From: Anaeramoeba ignava BMAN
Lineage: Eukaryota > Protista > Anaeramoebae
Assembly: GCA_028826165.1 (NCBI GenBank)
Contig: JAPDFW010000070.1
Coordinates: 1,116,001 to 1,180,000, forward strand
Direction of reading: 5' to 3'
Length of the DNA stretch: 64,000 nucleotides
Under the pieces are notes generated by a model. It did no database searches. It saw only the letters and a program-made list of their open reading frames with translations, and was not told where the DNA came from. This document shows positions 27,691 to 40,589 of the stretch, one piece after another; within the stretch, counting starts at the first letter, position 1, and every line of letters starts with the position of its first letter. Made by a program: the position numbers and the translations under genes.

Positions 27691-27904
27691 AACAAAGAAT
27701 GTTTTGTTTAATTTTTTCTTTTCAATTCTTTAAGGAAAAAAACCAAAAAAAAAGAATAAAAATAATGAAAAAAAAAAAGAAGAAATGAATTTTGAAGATT
27801 TTTTAATTAATTAGTTAGAATTCTGATTAAAAAAAGAAGAAAAAATTAGATTTTGATTTTTGATTTTTGATTTTGATTTTTGATTTTTGATTTTTGATTT
27901 TAAT

Positions 27905-30900
27905 TTATTTGAGTTTTGAAATTGTGGATTCAAAAATATCTAAGAATTGAGAAGCATGTTTTGGAGCAAAAACTAAAGAAGGTCTGAAACGAATTGATTG
28001 ATCACCACAAGCACCAAGTTCTACTCCATTAAGTTTGATTGCATTTACAATTGAATTACGAGTTTCAACAGTTGGTGAATCAAATGCAATAAATGTTCCA
28101 TCTCCTCGTACATCTTTCATAAGATGTGGATATTTCTTTGCTAATTCTTTCAATGAATCTTGAAGATAATTTCCTGTGATATTAACGTTTCTAAGCATTG
28201 CTTGATCATCTTTATTGATTTCATTTAAAATAACTTCAAATTGAAGTAAACGAAGTGGATCTCCCATCCAAGTATTGTAATTTCTTAAATTTAATTTTAA
28301 TTTTAATTTTAATTTTAATTTTATCCGATTTTAATTTTTATTTTAATTTTTATTTTAATTTTAATTTTAATTTTAATTTTAATTTTAATTTTAATTTTAA
28401 TTTTAATTTTAATTTTAATTATAATTATAATTATAATTTTAATTTTAATTTTAATTTTAAATTTAATTTTGATTTTAATTTTAATTTTTATCCGATTTTA
28501 AATTTAATTTTAATTTTTATTTTAATATTAATTTTAATTTTTATTTTAATTTTAATTTTAATTATAAATTTAATTTTAATTTTAATTTTAATTTTAATTT
28601 TAAATTTATTTTTATTTTTAATTATAATTTTGATTTTTATTTTTAATTTTAATTTTTATCCGATTTTAATTTTTATTTTAATTTTAAATTTAGTTTTATC
28701 CGATTTTAAATTCAATTTTAATTTTTAATTTTTAATTTTAATTTTAATTTTGATTTTAATTTTAATTTTTGAATTGAATTTAAATTTTTATTTTAATTTT
28801 AATTTTAATTTTAATTTTAATTTTAATTTTAATTTTAATTTTAATTTTAATTTTATTTTTAATTTTAATTTTAATTTTAATTTTAATTTTAAATTTTAAT
28901 TTTAATTTTAATTTTAATTTTAATTTTAATTTTTAATTTTAATTTTAATTTTAATTTTAAATTTAATTTTAATTTTAATTTTAAATTTAATTTTAATTTA
29001 CCTATAAGGTGCTGTCATCTTATATTCTTCACGATGGAAAAAACCAGCAATTTGAGATTTTTTACTGAAAGTTACTATATCAGGTTGATCATCTAATCCC
29101 CATTTTTGGAATGCCCAGAAATTACCAGTTGCAGCAACACCTGTTTGAACTTCATCAACAATAAAAGCAACTCCATTATCTCTTGCAATTTTTCTTAATT
29201 TTCTAAAGAAATCAGGTGAAGCATGTCTATCTCCTCCCTCAGCTAATTTTATTTTTAAATTTAAATTTAATTTTAATTTTAATTTTAATCCGATTTTAAT
29301 TTTAATTTTAATTTTTATTTTAATTTTAATTTTAATTTTAATTTTTAAATTTAATTTTAATTTTAATTTTAATTTTAATTTTTATTTTAATTTTAATTTT
29401 AATTTTAATTTTTAAATTTAATTTTAATTTTAATTTTAATTTTAATTTTAATTTTAATTTTAATTTTAATTTTAATTTTAATTTTAATTTTAATTTTAAT
29501 TTTAATTTTAATTTTAATTTTAATTTTAATTTTTAATTTTAATTTTAATTTTAATTTTAATCCGATTTTAATTTTAATTTTAATTTTATCCGATTTTAAT
29601 TTTAATTTTAATTTTTATCCGATTTTGATTTTAATTTTAATTTTAATTTTTATCCGATTTTAATTTTAATTTTAATTTTAATTTTAATTTTAATTTTTAT
29701 CCGATTTTGATTTTAATTTTAATTTTAATTTTAATTTTAATTTTAATTTTAATTTTAATTTTTAATTTTAATTTTAATTTTAATTTTAATTTTAATTTTA
29801 ATTTTAATTTTTAATTTTAATTTTAATTTTAATTTTAATTTTAATTTTAATTTTAATTTTAATTTTAATTTTGATTTTAATTTTAATTTTAATTTTAATT
29901 TTAATTTTAATTTTAATTTTTAATTTTAATTTTAATTATTTTTAATTTTTAAAAACCTTGAATAGGTTCAATAATCATTCCAGCAACAGGAATTTTATTA
30001 GATTTAATAATCTCTTCAGTTCTCGACAAACATCTTGCCTCTTCCTCAGCATTTTCCTTAACGAATTGATCCAAGGGGTATTTAAGTTGAGGAAACGGAG
30101 CAACCGGCCAATCAAAAGCAGGGACATCAAGTTTATGGATAGGCTTTGAACGAGTAGTAGAAAGAGCACCCAAAGTTCTTCCATGGAAAGCCTTTTCAAA
30201 AGATAAGATTGAAAGAGAGGGTGTACCTGGGGGTTTATTGAGCATACAACTCTGTATTTCCTCGTCAGTAAAAGGTTTGTTTCCCCGTCTCTGGTTTACG
30301 TACCACATGCATGCTGTTTTGTATGCGTTTTCGTTTGCCTCACTTCCGTTGGCACATGTGAAAACTCGTGTTAAACCTTCGGGCGCTACTTTCATTAATG
30401 TCTCGTGTAGTTTTGGTCCCCATGATACGTTGGGTAATGACCCTAATGCTGGTCGATGTGCTGCAAGTTGTACTGCGTCTCGTGTTCTTAATGCTTTGAT
30501 CATGGATGGATGATTGTATCCTAATGGGAGACTGCTAATATGACAGAAAACTATCAAATCAAATATTCATATTTATTTCAAATTAATTTAAATTTATTTC
30601 AAATTTATTTCAAATTTATCTCAAATTTATTTCAATTTTATTTCAAATTTATTTCAAATTTATTTCAAATTTATTTCAAATTTATTTCAAATTCATTTAT
30701 TTCAAATTTATTTCAAATTTATTTCAAATTTATTTTAAATTTATTTCAAATTTATTTTAAATTTATTTTAAATTTATTTAATAAATTTATTTATTTCAAA
30801 TTTATTTCAAATTTATTTCAAATTTATTTCAAATTTATTTCAAATTTATTTCAAATTTATTTCAAATTTATTTCAAATTATTTTATCTAAAATTTATTTC

Positions 30901-31701
30901 AAATTTATTTTAAATTTATTTCAAATTTATTTCAAATTTATTTAATTAATTCATTTCAATTTTATCTAAAATTTATTTAATTAATTTATCTAAAATTTAT
31001 TTAATTAATTTATTTCAAATTTATTTTAATTAATTTATTTAATTATTTCAAATTCATTTTAAATTTATTTAATTAATTTATTTAATTAATTTATTTCAAA
31101 TTTATTTCAATTTTATTTAATTAATTTATTTCAAATTTATTTTAAATTCATTTCAAATTTATTTCAAATTTATTTCAAATTTATTTTAAATTTATTTCAA
31201 ATTTATTTCAATTTATCTCAAATTTATCTAAAATTTATTTCAAATTTATTTCAATTTTATCTAAATTTATCTAAAATTTATTTCAAATTTATTTCAAATT
31301 TATTTCAAATTTATTTCAAATTTGTTTTAAATTTATTTCAAATTTATTTAATTAAATATTACGTATAAAATTATTCAAAAAAATAAATTGAAAATTCGAA
31401 TAAAAAAATAAATACCATCAAGAAGAACATTTCCATCACTATCAACAACATAATTGCCAAAACTACGATCAAAATCAACAAGGAAATGAATGGTTCTAAT
31501 TTCTTGAATACGACCCAAATCTTCAATAAGTCTTTTACCAATTGGTCCAGGAATTGTTGATGTGATAATTTCTGGTTTCTCAAATTCTCCTTCAAGAGGT
31601 TTTAATGGTGTTTTAGGGATATTTCCAAATGCTCGCTTTCCAAGTATTAATGGTAATTGTTGTGAAACAATTTTTTTAGTTGTTTTTTGTTTTTGTAACA
31701 T
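27905..31701 (-). CDS. ABAT: 4-aminobutyrate aminotransferase (eukaryotic GABA-T), 499 aa, with putative organellar presequence
   Basis: Exons 31701-31416, 30550-29957, 29242-29002 and 28283-27905 total 1500 nt. Motifs [51 protein letters not shown]-lysine TFSKK, NTWMGDP. Confidence 0.95.
28285..31370. repeat. Intronic satellites of GABA-T: (TTTTAA)n with ATCCGA interruptions, and (AAATTTATTTC)n
   Basis: Direct reading; three introns. Confidence 0.9.
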
Positions 31702-31768
31702 CTTCAAAAAAAATGAAAAAGCAAATTTTAAAAAATTTTTTTTTTGCTTTTTATTTTTATTTTTATTT

Positions 31769-34700
31769 TTAATTGTTTGTTTTTAATTCCAAAACCAATA
31801 TTTTGTAAAAGCTCCTTGATAAATTAAAAGGCCTATTGATAAAATAATAAACCCAATCTTGTTTTTTTTTTATAAAGATGAAAATTTTTTTTTTTTGAGA
31901 ATTTTAATTAAAAAAATCGAAAAAGGGAAAAATTTAAAATTAAAAAAAATACCAATTGAAACCAACTTGAAGAATTCCATTTTTCACCATAAGAATAAGA
32001 AAATCCATAATAAATTATGATATTAATAATCCAAACCAAAGCCATTCTAATAATTTCACTTAAAGTTCGAATTCGAACAGAAAAATTAATTGTCACTAAA
32101 TTATTTCATTAAATATTTCATTTAATATTTCAATTATTTTTTCATCAAATTTTGATATAAATATGGGATACTTAAAAAAGAAAATAGATTAAAAAAAATA
32201 ACACTAAAAATGAAAATTAAAATCAATGCAATCATTTTTGTATTGTTATGTATCATTTTAAATGTATCTTTTGTATTTTCATAAGTTCCATGTCCTTCTA
32301 TATTTCCTGAATCATGAGAAAGGATTCTTTTAATTTTTTTCCGATTTTGAATTTGATTAAAATATTTAATTTAATTTAATTTAATTTGATTTAATTTAAT
32401 TTGATTAAAATATTTAATTTGATTTGATTTAATTTAAATTTGATTTGATTTGATTTGATTTGATTTGATTTGATTTGATTTGATTTGATTTAAATTTGAT
32501 TTAATTTTGATTTAATTTGATTTGATTTAATTTGATTTAATTTGATTTGATTTAATTTGATTTGATTTGATTTGATTTGATTTGATTTGATTTGATTTGA
32601 TTTGATTTGATTTGATTTGATTTAATTTAATTTGATTTAATTTGATTTGATTTAAATTTGATTTGATTTAATTTGATTTAATTTAATTTAATTTATTTTA
32701 ATTTAATTTGATTTGATTTGATTTGATTTTGATTTGATTTGATTTGATTTAATTTTAAATTTGATTTGAATTTGATTTGAATTTGATTTGAATTGAATTT
32801 GAATTTGATTTAATTTAAAATTTGATTTGAATTTGATTTGAATTTGATTTGATTTGATTTGAATTTGATTTAATTTAATTTAATTTTTAATTTAATTTGA
32901 TTTAATTTTAATTTAATTTACTTTGAATTTGATTTGATTTGATTTGATTTGATTTGATTTAATTTAATTTTTTAATTTGATTTAATTTAAATTTTAATTT
33001 GATTTAATTTGATTTGATTTGATTTGATTTGATTTGATTTTTTAATTTGATTTTGATTTGATTTGATTTGATTTAATTTGATTTAATTTGATTTAATTTG
33101 ATTTGATTTAATTTAATTTAATTTGATTTGATTTTGAATTTGATTTTAATTTGATTTGTTTTGATTTGATTTGATTTGATTTAATTTGATTTAATTTGAT
33201 TTAAATTTGATTTTTAATTTTAAATTTGATTTGATTTAATTTAATTTTGATTTGATTTGATTTGATTTGATTTGATTTGATTTGATTTGATTTGATTTGA
33301 TTTGATTTGATTTGATTTAAATTTGATTTGATTTAATTTAATTTGATTTGATTTAATTTAATTTGATTTAATTTAATTTAATTTAATTTAATTTAATTTA
33401 ATTTAATTTAATTTGATTTAATTTAATTTAATTTAATTTTTAATTTAATTTAATTTAATTTGATTTGATTTGATTTGATTTGATTTGATTTGATTTGATT
33501 TGATTTGATTTGAATTTAATTTAATTTAATTTAATTTAATTTAATTTAATTTAATTTGATTTAATTTAATTTGATTTAATTTAATTTAATTTAATTTAAT
33601 TTAATTTAATTTAATTTAATTTAATTTAATTTAATTTAATTTAATTTAATTTAATTTGATTTGATTTGATTTGATTTGATTTGATTTGATTTGATTTAAT
33701 TTAATTTGATTTGATTTGATTTGATTTAATTTGATTTAATTTGATTTAATTTGATTTAATTTGATTTGATTTGATTTGATTTGATTTGATTTAATTTAAT
33801 TTAATTTGATATTTAATTTAATTTAATTTGATTTGAATTTGATTTGATTTGATTTGATTTGATTTAATTTAATTTAAATATTTGATACGGCATCATGATA
33901 AAAGAACAAATAATAAACGAAATCCCTCCTTGAATACCTGTCAAAAAAATTCCATTAATTTTAATTCCATGATAAACATGATATTCATATAAACTTTGAA
34001 TAGCAGAAATTGCTTCACTAAATATTTGAATAAAATAATAAAATATTTGAATAAAATAATTGAATATAAATAATTGGATAAAAATAATAAATAAAATAAA
34101 ATAAATATAAAATATTTGAATATAAATAATTGAATAAAATATTTGAATAAAATAATAAAATAATTGAATAAAATATTTGAATAAATAATAAAAAAATGAA
34201 TAAAAATATTTGAATAAAAATAATAATAAAAATAATTGAATATAAAATATTTGAATATAATAATAAAATATTTGAATAAAAATATTTGAATAAAATAATA
34301 ATAAAATAATTGAATAAAATATTTGAATAAAATATTTGGATAAAATATTTGGATAAAATAATAATAAAATATTTGAATAAAATAATAAAAATTTCAATAA
34401 AAAATAATAATAAAATATTTGAATAAAATATTTGAATAAAATAATTGAATAAAATATTTGAATATAAATATTTAAATAAAATATTTGAATAAAATAATTG
34501 AATAAAATATTTGAATAAAATAATAAAATAATTGAATATAAATAATTGAATAAAATATTTGAATAAAATATTTGAATAAAATATTTGAATAAAATATTTG
34601 AATAAAATATTTGAATAAAATATTTGAATAAAATATTTGAATAAAATATTTGAATAAAATATTAAAATAATTGAATAAAATATTTGAATAAAATATTTGA

Positions 34701-35591
34701 ATAAAATATTTCAATAATAAAATATATTTTTAAATTTTGGAATTGAAATTTCTTATTAAACTTCCTAAAAACAAATTACGCAATAAATATAAAATAAATC
34801 GCTATTCTTTCATCATAATCACTTGACTTCATAATTTTAGAAAATAAATCAATAAAAATTTAGATTTTAGAGATGAATAGAATTAAAAAAAAAAAAAAGC
34901 ATCTGGTTTACATAACGCTTGGAATGAAATATTGAAATTATAACAAAAAGTAAACCAACCATAACAAAAAGAATTCCAATCAAATTATGAAAAAAGAATT
35001 TTTTCTTTAAGAAAATCAACGAAGTAATTGAAGTGAAGATCACAACAGAACTTCGTAACATTTGCCAAGAACTTGCAGGTACTATTTTTTTTTATGAGGT
35101 TCATTTTGGAAATTAAAAAATACAATCAATATATTTTTTTTTTGATTTTTAATTCAATTTTTGCTTTAAATTCATATTCACTCCATAAAAGCGCTAAATT
35201 TAAAAGAACAGCAACAATTATATCACAAATAGCTGGGAAAGAAATTTTTAAAATAATCCAATATATCTTTGGTTTCGGCTTTTCGATATTTAAATAACCA
35301 TCATAACCACGTTTTTTTTGAAATCTTTGAAAAGTAAGATAAAATATCATCAATGAAAAAAGTCCTAAAAACATTAAGTCGCTTTGGAACCTTTTATAAA
35401 AACAATGTGAGAAAAAAAAAGTGGTTCGGAATTGATGAATAAAGTGGTTTTATTTACCAAGGTTTTTCAAATAAATGATTTTTTTCATCAACTCCTTTTG
35501 AAGTTGTTTGAAATGTTGATTTTTCAATACAAATTAAAACTGTTCCAAATATAATTAATCCAATAATTGAACCAAAATTTAGATTACTCAT
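31769..35591 (-). CDS. SLC35F6: SLC35F6-like nucleotide-sugar/DMT transporter, 8 exons
   Basis: HLFEKPWFQSDLMFLG, FPAICD, IPASSWQMLRSSVVIFT, AEAISAIQ, YENTKDTF, RTLSEIIRMALVW and GEKWNSSSWFQLIGF follow SLC35F6 motif order. Splice phases are consistent. Confidence 0.8.
32345..34720. repeat. Intronic (ATTTG/ATTTA)n pentamer and (AAATATTTGAATA)n 13-mer in SLC35F6
   Basis: Direct reading. Confidence 0.9.
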
Positions 35592-35769
35592 TTTACTTTT
35601 ATTGAAAGAAGGAAAAATGAAAAAAAAAAAATGGAAAAATTGTTTTGAAAAAAAAATCAAACATTCAGAATAAATTCTGGAAATGAAACTAATTCACATT
35701 AAGAAAAAAAAAAAGTGGAATAAAAATTAAAAGAAAAAAAAAGTGGAATAAAAAATAAAAAGAAGAAGT

Positions 35770-37117
35770 TTAAAAATCATCAGAACAAATTTGTCTCATT
35801 TCAAAACCTAAAATCTTAATCTTATCTCGGATTTCACTTGACCAATGATTAACGCCACAGTTTGATATTGTATTAGTAAATAAACCCAAACATTTTGAAG
35901 ATTTGCAAAAGAAATCAATAAAAAAAATATTCTGAAAAAGATCAAGTGTTTTTGACGTTACAAAAGAATTGTCGCAATTTATCAATTTAAGAAGAAAAGG
36001 AAACAAAGAATCTGAAGTAAATTGATGAAATGAATCATTGAGTTCTGGGATTATTTCTTGGAATTCAGAAATGAAGATAATTTGTTTGTGATAATTAGTT
36101 TTTGGATAAAATTTAATTAAAAATTGTAAAATTGATTGAGAAAAATTGAGATCCTTTTGAATAAATTCAGAAACGCAAAGTTTCAAAGAATTTGAATAAG
36201 AAATCATGTTTGGATTCTTGAATAACGGAAGAATAATTTTGTAAAGATCTTGATTATATTCTTTTTTAATTGGAACTTTTAAACCAGAAATAATACTTTT
36301 TGTTATTTCTAGCATTTCTGAAATTCCTTGAAAATCTTCTTCGTTTTGAATAGAGTTTAAATAGAAATTTCTGATTAATTGACGTAAAAAAATTCTGTAA
36401 GAAACGTATTTGGAATAAATTTGGTGAATAATCATTTTGATTAAATCTCTTTCTTCTTGATCTTCTGTTTTAAAGAAGGAAAATAACTGAAAATAAAAAA
36501 AATAAAGAATTTAAATTGAAATTTAAATTGAAAATTAAAAGAAAAAAAAAGTGGAATTAATAAAAAAATTTTTTTTTTGATCGATTAAATTTTTCATTTA
36601 CAATTTTTATTGTTGATTTTTTCAAAACTGAATAAAGAATTATTTTTGATGATTTAGTAATCAATTTTAATAATCCTTCCCAGAATTCTTTTCTTGTTTT
36701 CAATTCTTGAATATTTTCTTGTGTTTGTTTTTTGTTCAAGAATTCTGTTTGAAATTGAAGAATAACCTAAAAAAAAGAAAAAGAAATTAAAATAAAAAGA
36801 AATTAAAATAAGATTGAAACTTGAAAAAAAAATTTTTTTATTTATTACATTTTCAAGTTGTTTAGATGATTGTTTTAAATCTCTTTCTCTTATAAATGGA
36901 GATGTAAATACTTGACAAATTTGTTTTAATTCTGTTTCCTCAAGTGATTTTTTTCTTTTATTATTTATTTTTTTTGGTTTCTGAAAATTATGATTAATTT
37001 GATTAATTAAAGTTGTTTTTGTTTTTGTTTTTTTGTTTCTCCAATTAAATGATGATTTGATAAATGAATATCAAATTGAAAATCCAATTCATATTGATAT
37101 TTAATTTCTGCACCCAT
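35770..37117 (-). CDS. Divergent PP2A regulatory subunit B' (B56 family)
   Basis: LFSFFKTEDQEERDLIKMIIHQIYSKY..RIFLRQLI, GISEMLEITKSIISGLKVPIKKE, LIKFYPKTNYHKQIIFISE and NHWS match the B56 core. ATG at 37117, two introns. Confidence 0.8.
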
Positions 37118-37994
37118 TTTTTATTTATTAATAGATTTATATTTATTTTTTTTATATTTCTTTGTTTTTTAAAAGAAATAGCAAAAGGATCAAAAAGAAA
37201 AGAAACCAAATAAAATAAAAAAAATAAAGATTGAAAAAAAAATAATGATTTGGATTCTTTTCAAAAAATTTTTTTTAAATCTTTTTTTTTTTGTTCTTTT
37301 TTGTTCCGGATCAATTTGATCTTTGAATTTAATGGAATTAAGGGCAAAAAATATGTGGAATTTTGCTAATTTTCAATTCTTAACCCTTTTAAATTTAAAT
37401 CTTTTTGATTGCCATTAATTTTTCTTATAATTTATTTGATTGAAAAAAATCAATTAAAAACAATAGAACTCAAAAAGATACAAATGAGGAAATTAATTTT
37501 AATTGAAATAATTCAAATAAATTTGTTTATAAATAATATTTGAGAAAGAAAAAGAAAGGGTAATTTGTATTTTATTTTGATAAACACCCCCAATTAGATC
37601 AAAGTTGGATCAAATTGAAATAATTCAAATTCAATTTAAATAAAAAATTTAAATAAAAAATTTAAATAAAAAAAAAAGTGAGTTGAATTAAAACTTGATC
37701 ATTCAATTCTTTCTATTTTAATAAAAAAGCAATTTAATTAATTTCAATTAAATTAAATTAAATCAAATTAAATTGAAAGGAGAAGAAAAAAATTTTTCAC
37801 AAATAATTTAAGTTATTTAAATTTAATTATTTGATCTAATTCAATTCAAATTAGAATAATTTAAACTAATATTTACACACAATTTCATAAGGAGAATGAT
37901 TCTTTTTCAATTAATAAAATAACTTAATTTTTTTGATAGAAAGTAATAAATTTTTGATAAAGATTCCAAGTTGGAAAATCTCTTTTTAAAATAA

Positions 37995-38890
37995 TAAATT
38001 GATCATATTCAATTAATAGTAATTATATTTAATTTTAATCTAAATATTTAATTAATTTAATATAAATATATTTAATTAACCCAAAAAATCAATTTAATTC
38101 ATTTCAATTTAAATATTTAATAATAAATAAAAATAGAATAATTAATTATTTATTAATAAATTATTTCTATTCAATTAATAATAATTAAATTTAATTTTAA
38201 TCTTAATATTTAATCAATTTAATATAAATATATTTAATTAATCCAAAAATCAATTCAATTCAATTCAATTCAAATATTTAATAATAAATAAAAATAGAAT
38301 AATTAATTATTTATTAATAAATTATTTCTATTCAATTAATAATAATTATATTTAATTTTAATCTTAAATATTTAATCAATTTAATATAAATATATTTAAT
38401 TAATCCAAAAATCAATTCAATTCATTTCAATTCAAATATTTAATAATAAAAAAAAAATAGAATAATTAATTATTTATTAATAAATTATTTCTATTCAACT
38501 AATAATAATTATATTTAATTTTAATCTAAATATTTAATTAATTTAATATAAATATATTTAATTAATCCAAAAATCAATTCAATTTAATTTAAATTATTTA
38601 ATAATAAATAGAAATAGAATAATTAATTATTTATTAATAAATTATTTCTATTCAATTAATAATAATTATATTTAATTTTAATCTTAATATTTAATCAATT
38701 TAATATAAATATATTTAATTAATCCAAAAATCAATTCAATTTAATTTAATTAAATATTTAATAATAAATAAAAATAGAATAATCAATTATTTATTAATAA
38801 ATTATTTCTATTCAATTAATAATAATTATATTTAATTTTAATCTTAATATTTAATTAATTTAATATAAATATATTTAATTAATCCAAAAA
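37995..38890. repeat. Tandem array, ~160-bp unit, ~5.5 copies
   Basis: AAATAGAATAA recurs at about 38131, 38292, 38455, 38612 and 38772. Confidence 0.9.
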
Positions 38891-38931
38891 AAAATTATTT
38901 TTAAATCAAAAAATTCATTTTTTTTTTGATT

Positions 38932-40550
38932 ATGATTTTTTCTTGTGATCAAGTTGAAACTGAAGGAGAACGTATCAGAGATAATTGTAAATTAGGATTC
39001 GTAAAAGTGAATGATGAAGAAATTTATGCGATATGTGGTTCTTCTGGGTTTGAAATAATAAATTCTGTTTATTCAATAAATGTTAAACAAAATACTTGGA
39101 AATACATTGAAACAACAGATGATATCCCAACTCCTCGTTCAGGAATTTCTGCAACATATTATAAAGGAAAAATTTATATGTTTGGAGGTTTTAATAGAAT
39201 TGTTTATTTTGGTATTTTAGAAAAGAATTGTTTATTATCATTTACATAATCTAAATCAAAATCAAAATCAAAATCAAAATCAAAATCAAAATCAAAATTA
39301 AAATTAAATTCAAAATTAAAATCAAATTCAAAATCAAATTCAAATTCAAATTAAATTCAAAATTAAATTCAAAATCAAAATTAAAATCAAAATCAAAATC
39401 AAAATCAAAATTAAAATTAAAATCAAAATTAAAATTAAAATTAAAATTAAAATTAAAATCAAAATCAAAATCAAAATTAAAATTAAAATTCAAAATAAAA
39501 ATCAAAATTAAAATCAAATTCAAAATCAATTTCAAAATCAAATTCAAAATCAAATTCAAAATCAAAATAAAAATTAAAATTAAAATAAAAATCAAAATCA
39601 AAATCAAAATCAAAATTAAAATTAAAATCAAAATTAAAATTAAAATTAAAATTAAAATTAAAATCAAAATCAAAATCAAAATTAAAATTAAAATTAAATC
39701 AAAATCAAAATCAAAATTAAAATCAAAATTAAAATCAAAATCAAAATCAAAATTAAAATTAAAATCAAAATCAAAATCAAAATCTAAATTAAAATCAAAA
39801 TCAAAATCAAAATCAACAATAAAGATGATCTTTTTGAATTAGATATAAAAACGTTTAAATGGAAAAAATTAGCAGCACAACCAGAAGGGAAGACATTCAC
39901 ATTCAATAGCAAGATGTGAAGATAAATTATATCTTTTTGGAGGAAGATTAGATCATTCAATTAGCAGATCAAATGATCTTTGGAAATATTCAATAAAAAA
40001 AAATAAATGGAAAGAAATGAATAATTTTATTGGAGAAAAACCGAGTAAAAGATCATCACATATTGGACATATTATAGATAGAACATTATATATTTTTGGA
40101 GGAGTTGATAATCAAGATATTGTTGTAAATGATATGTATCAATATTCAATTGATTCAAAAACTTGGAGTAAAATATTCTTTAGAGATTCAATTGTTCCTT
40201 CACCAAGAAGTTCACCTTCATCAACGGTTTTTGGATCATCAATTATTCTTTTTGGAGGTCAATATGCTCAAGATGGAATTCGTTTGGATTTCAATGATAT
40301 TTTTCAATTTGATTCTGTTACTCAAAAATGGAAACAACTTAAATCTTATTCAAATAATTCCGAAATTCCAAAAAGAAGTTGCCATGTTTGTGAAACTGTT
40401 GGATCTAAAGTTTTTATTTATGGTGGTGAAGTTTATAATGATAATAAAAGATATGCCCATTTGAATGATATTTGGGCAATTGACTTTACTTCTGATCTTG
40501 TGAAAGATTTGAGAAAAATGGAAAAAAAAGGTTTTTTAGTTGATTTTTGA
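38932..40550 (+). CDS. Kelch-repeat protein (LZTR1/RABEPK-like), apparently ending at the start of a BTB domain
   Basis: Repeats PTPRSGISATYYKGKIYMFGG, GRHSHSIARCEDKLYLFGG, PSKRSSHIGHIIDRTLYIFGG, PSPRSS..IILFGG and KRSCH..VFIYGG. Intron 39212-39824; extra G at about 39888. Confidence 0.8.
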
Positions 40551-40589
40551 ATAAAAAAAGTGGAATTAAAATTAATTTAATAAAAAAAG

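Noticed and set aside
32096-32172. U12-type intron in SLC35F6 (donor GTATCCCAT)
   Set aside because: It does not match GTATCCTT fully, and there is no TCCTTAAC branch site.
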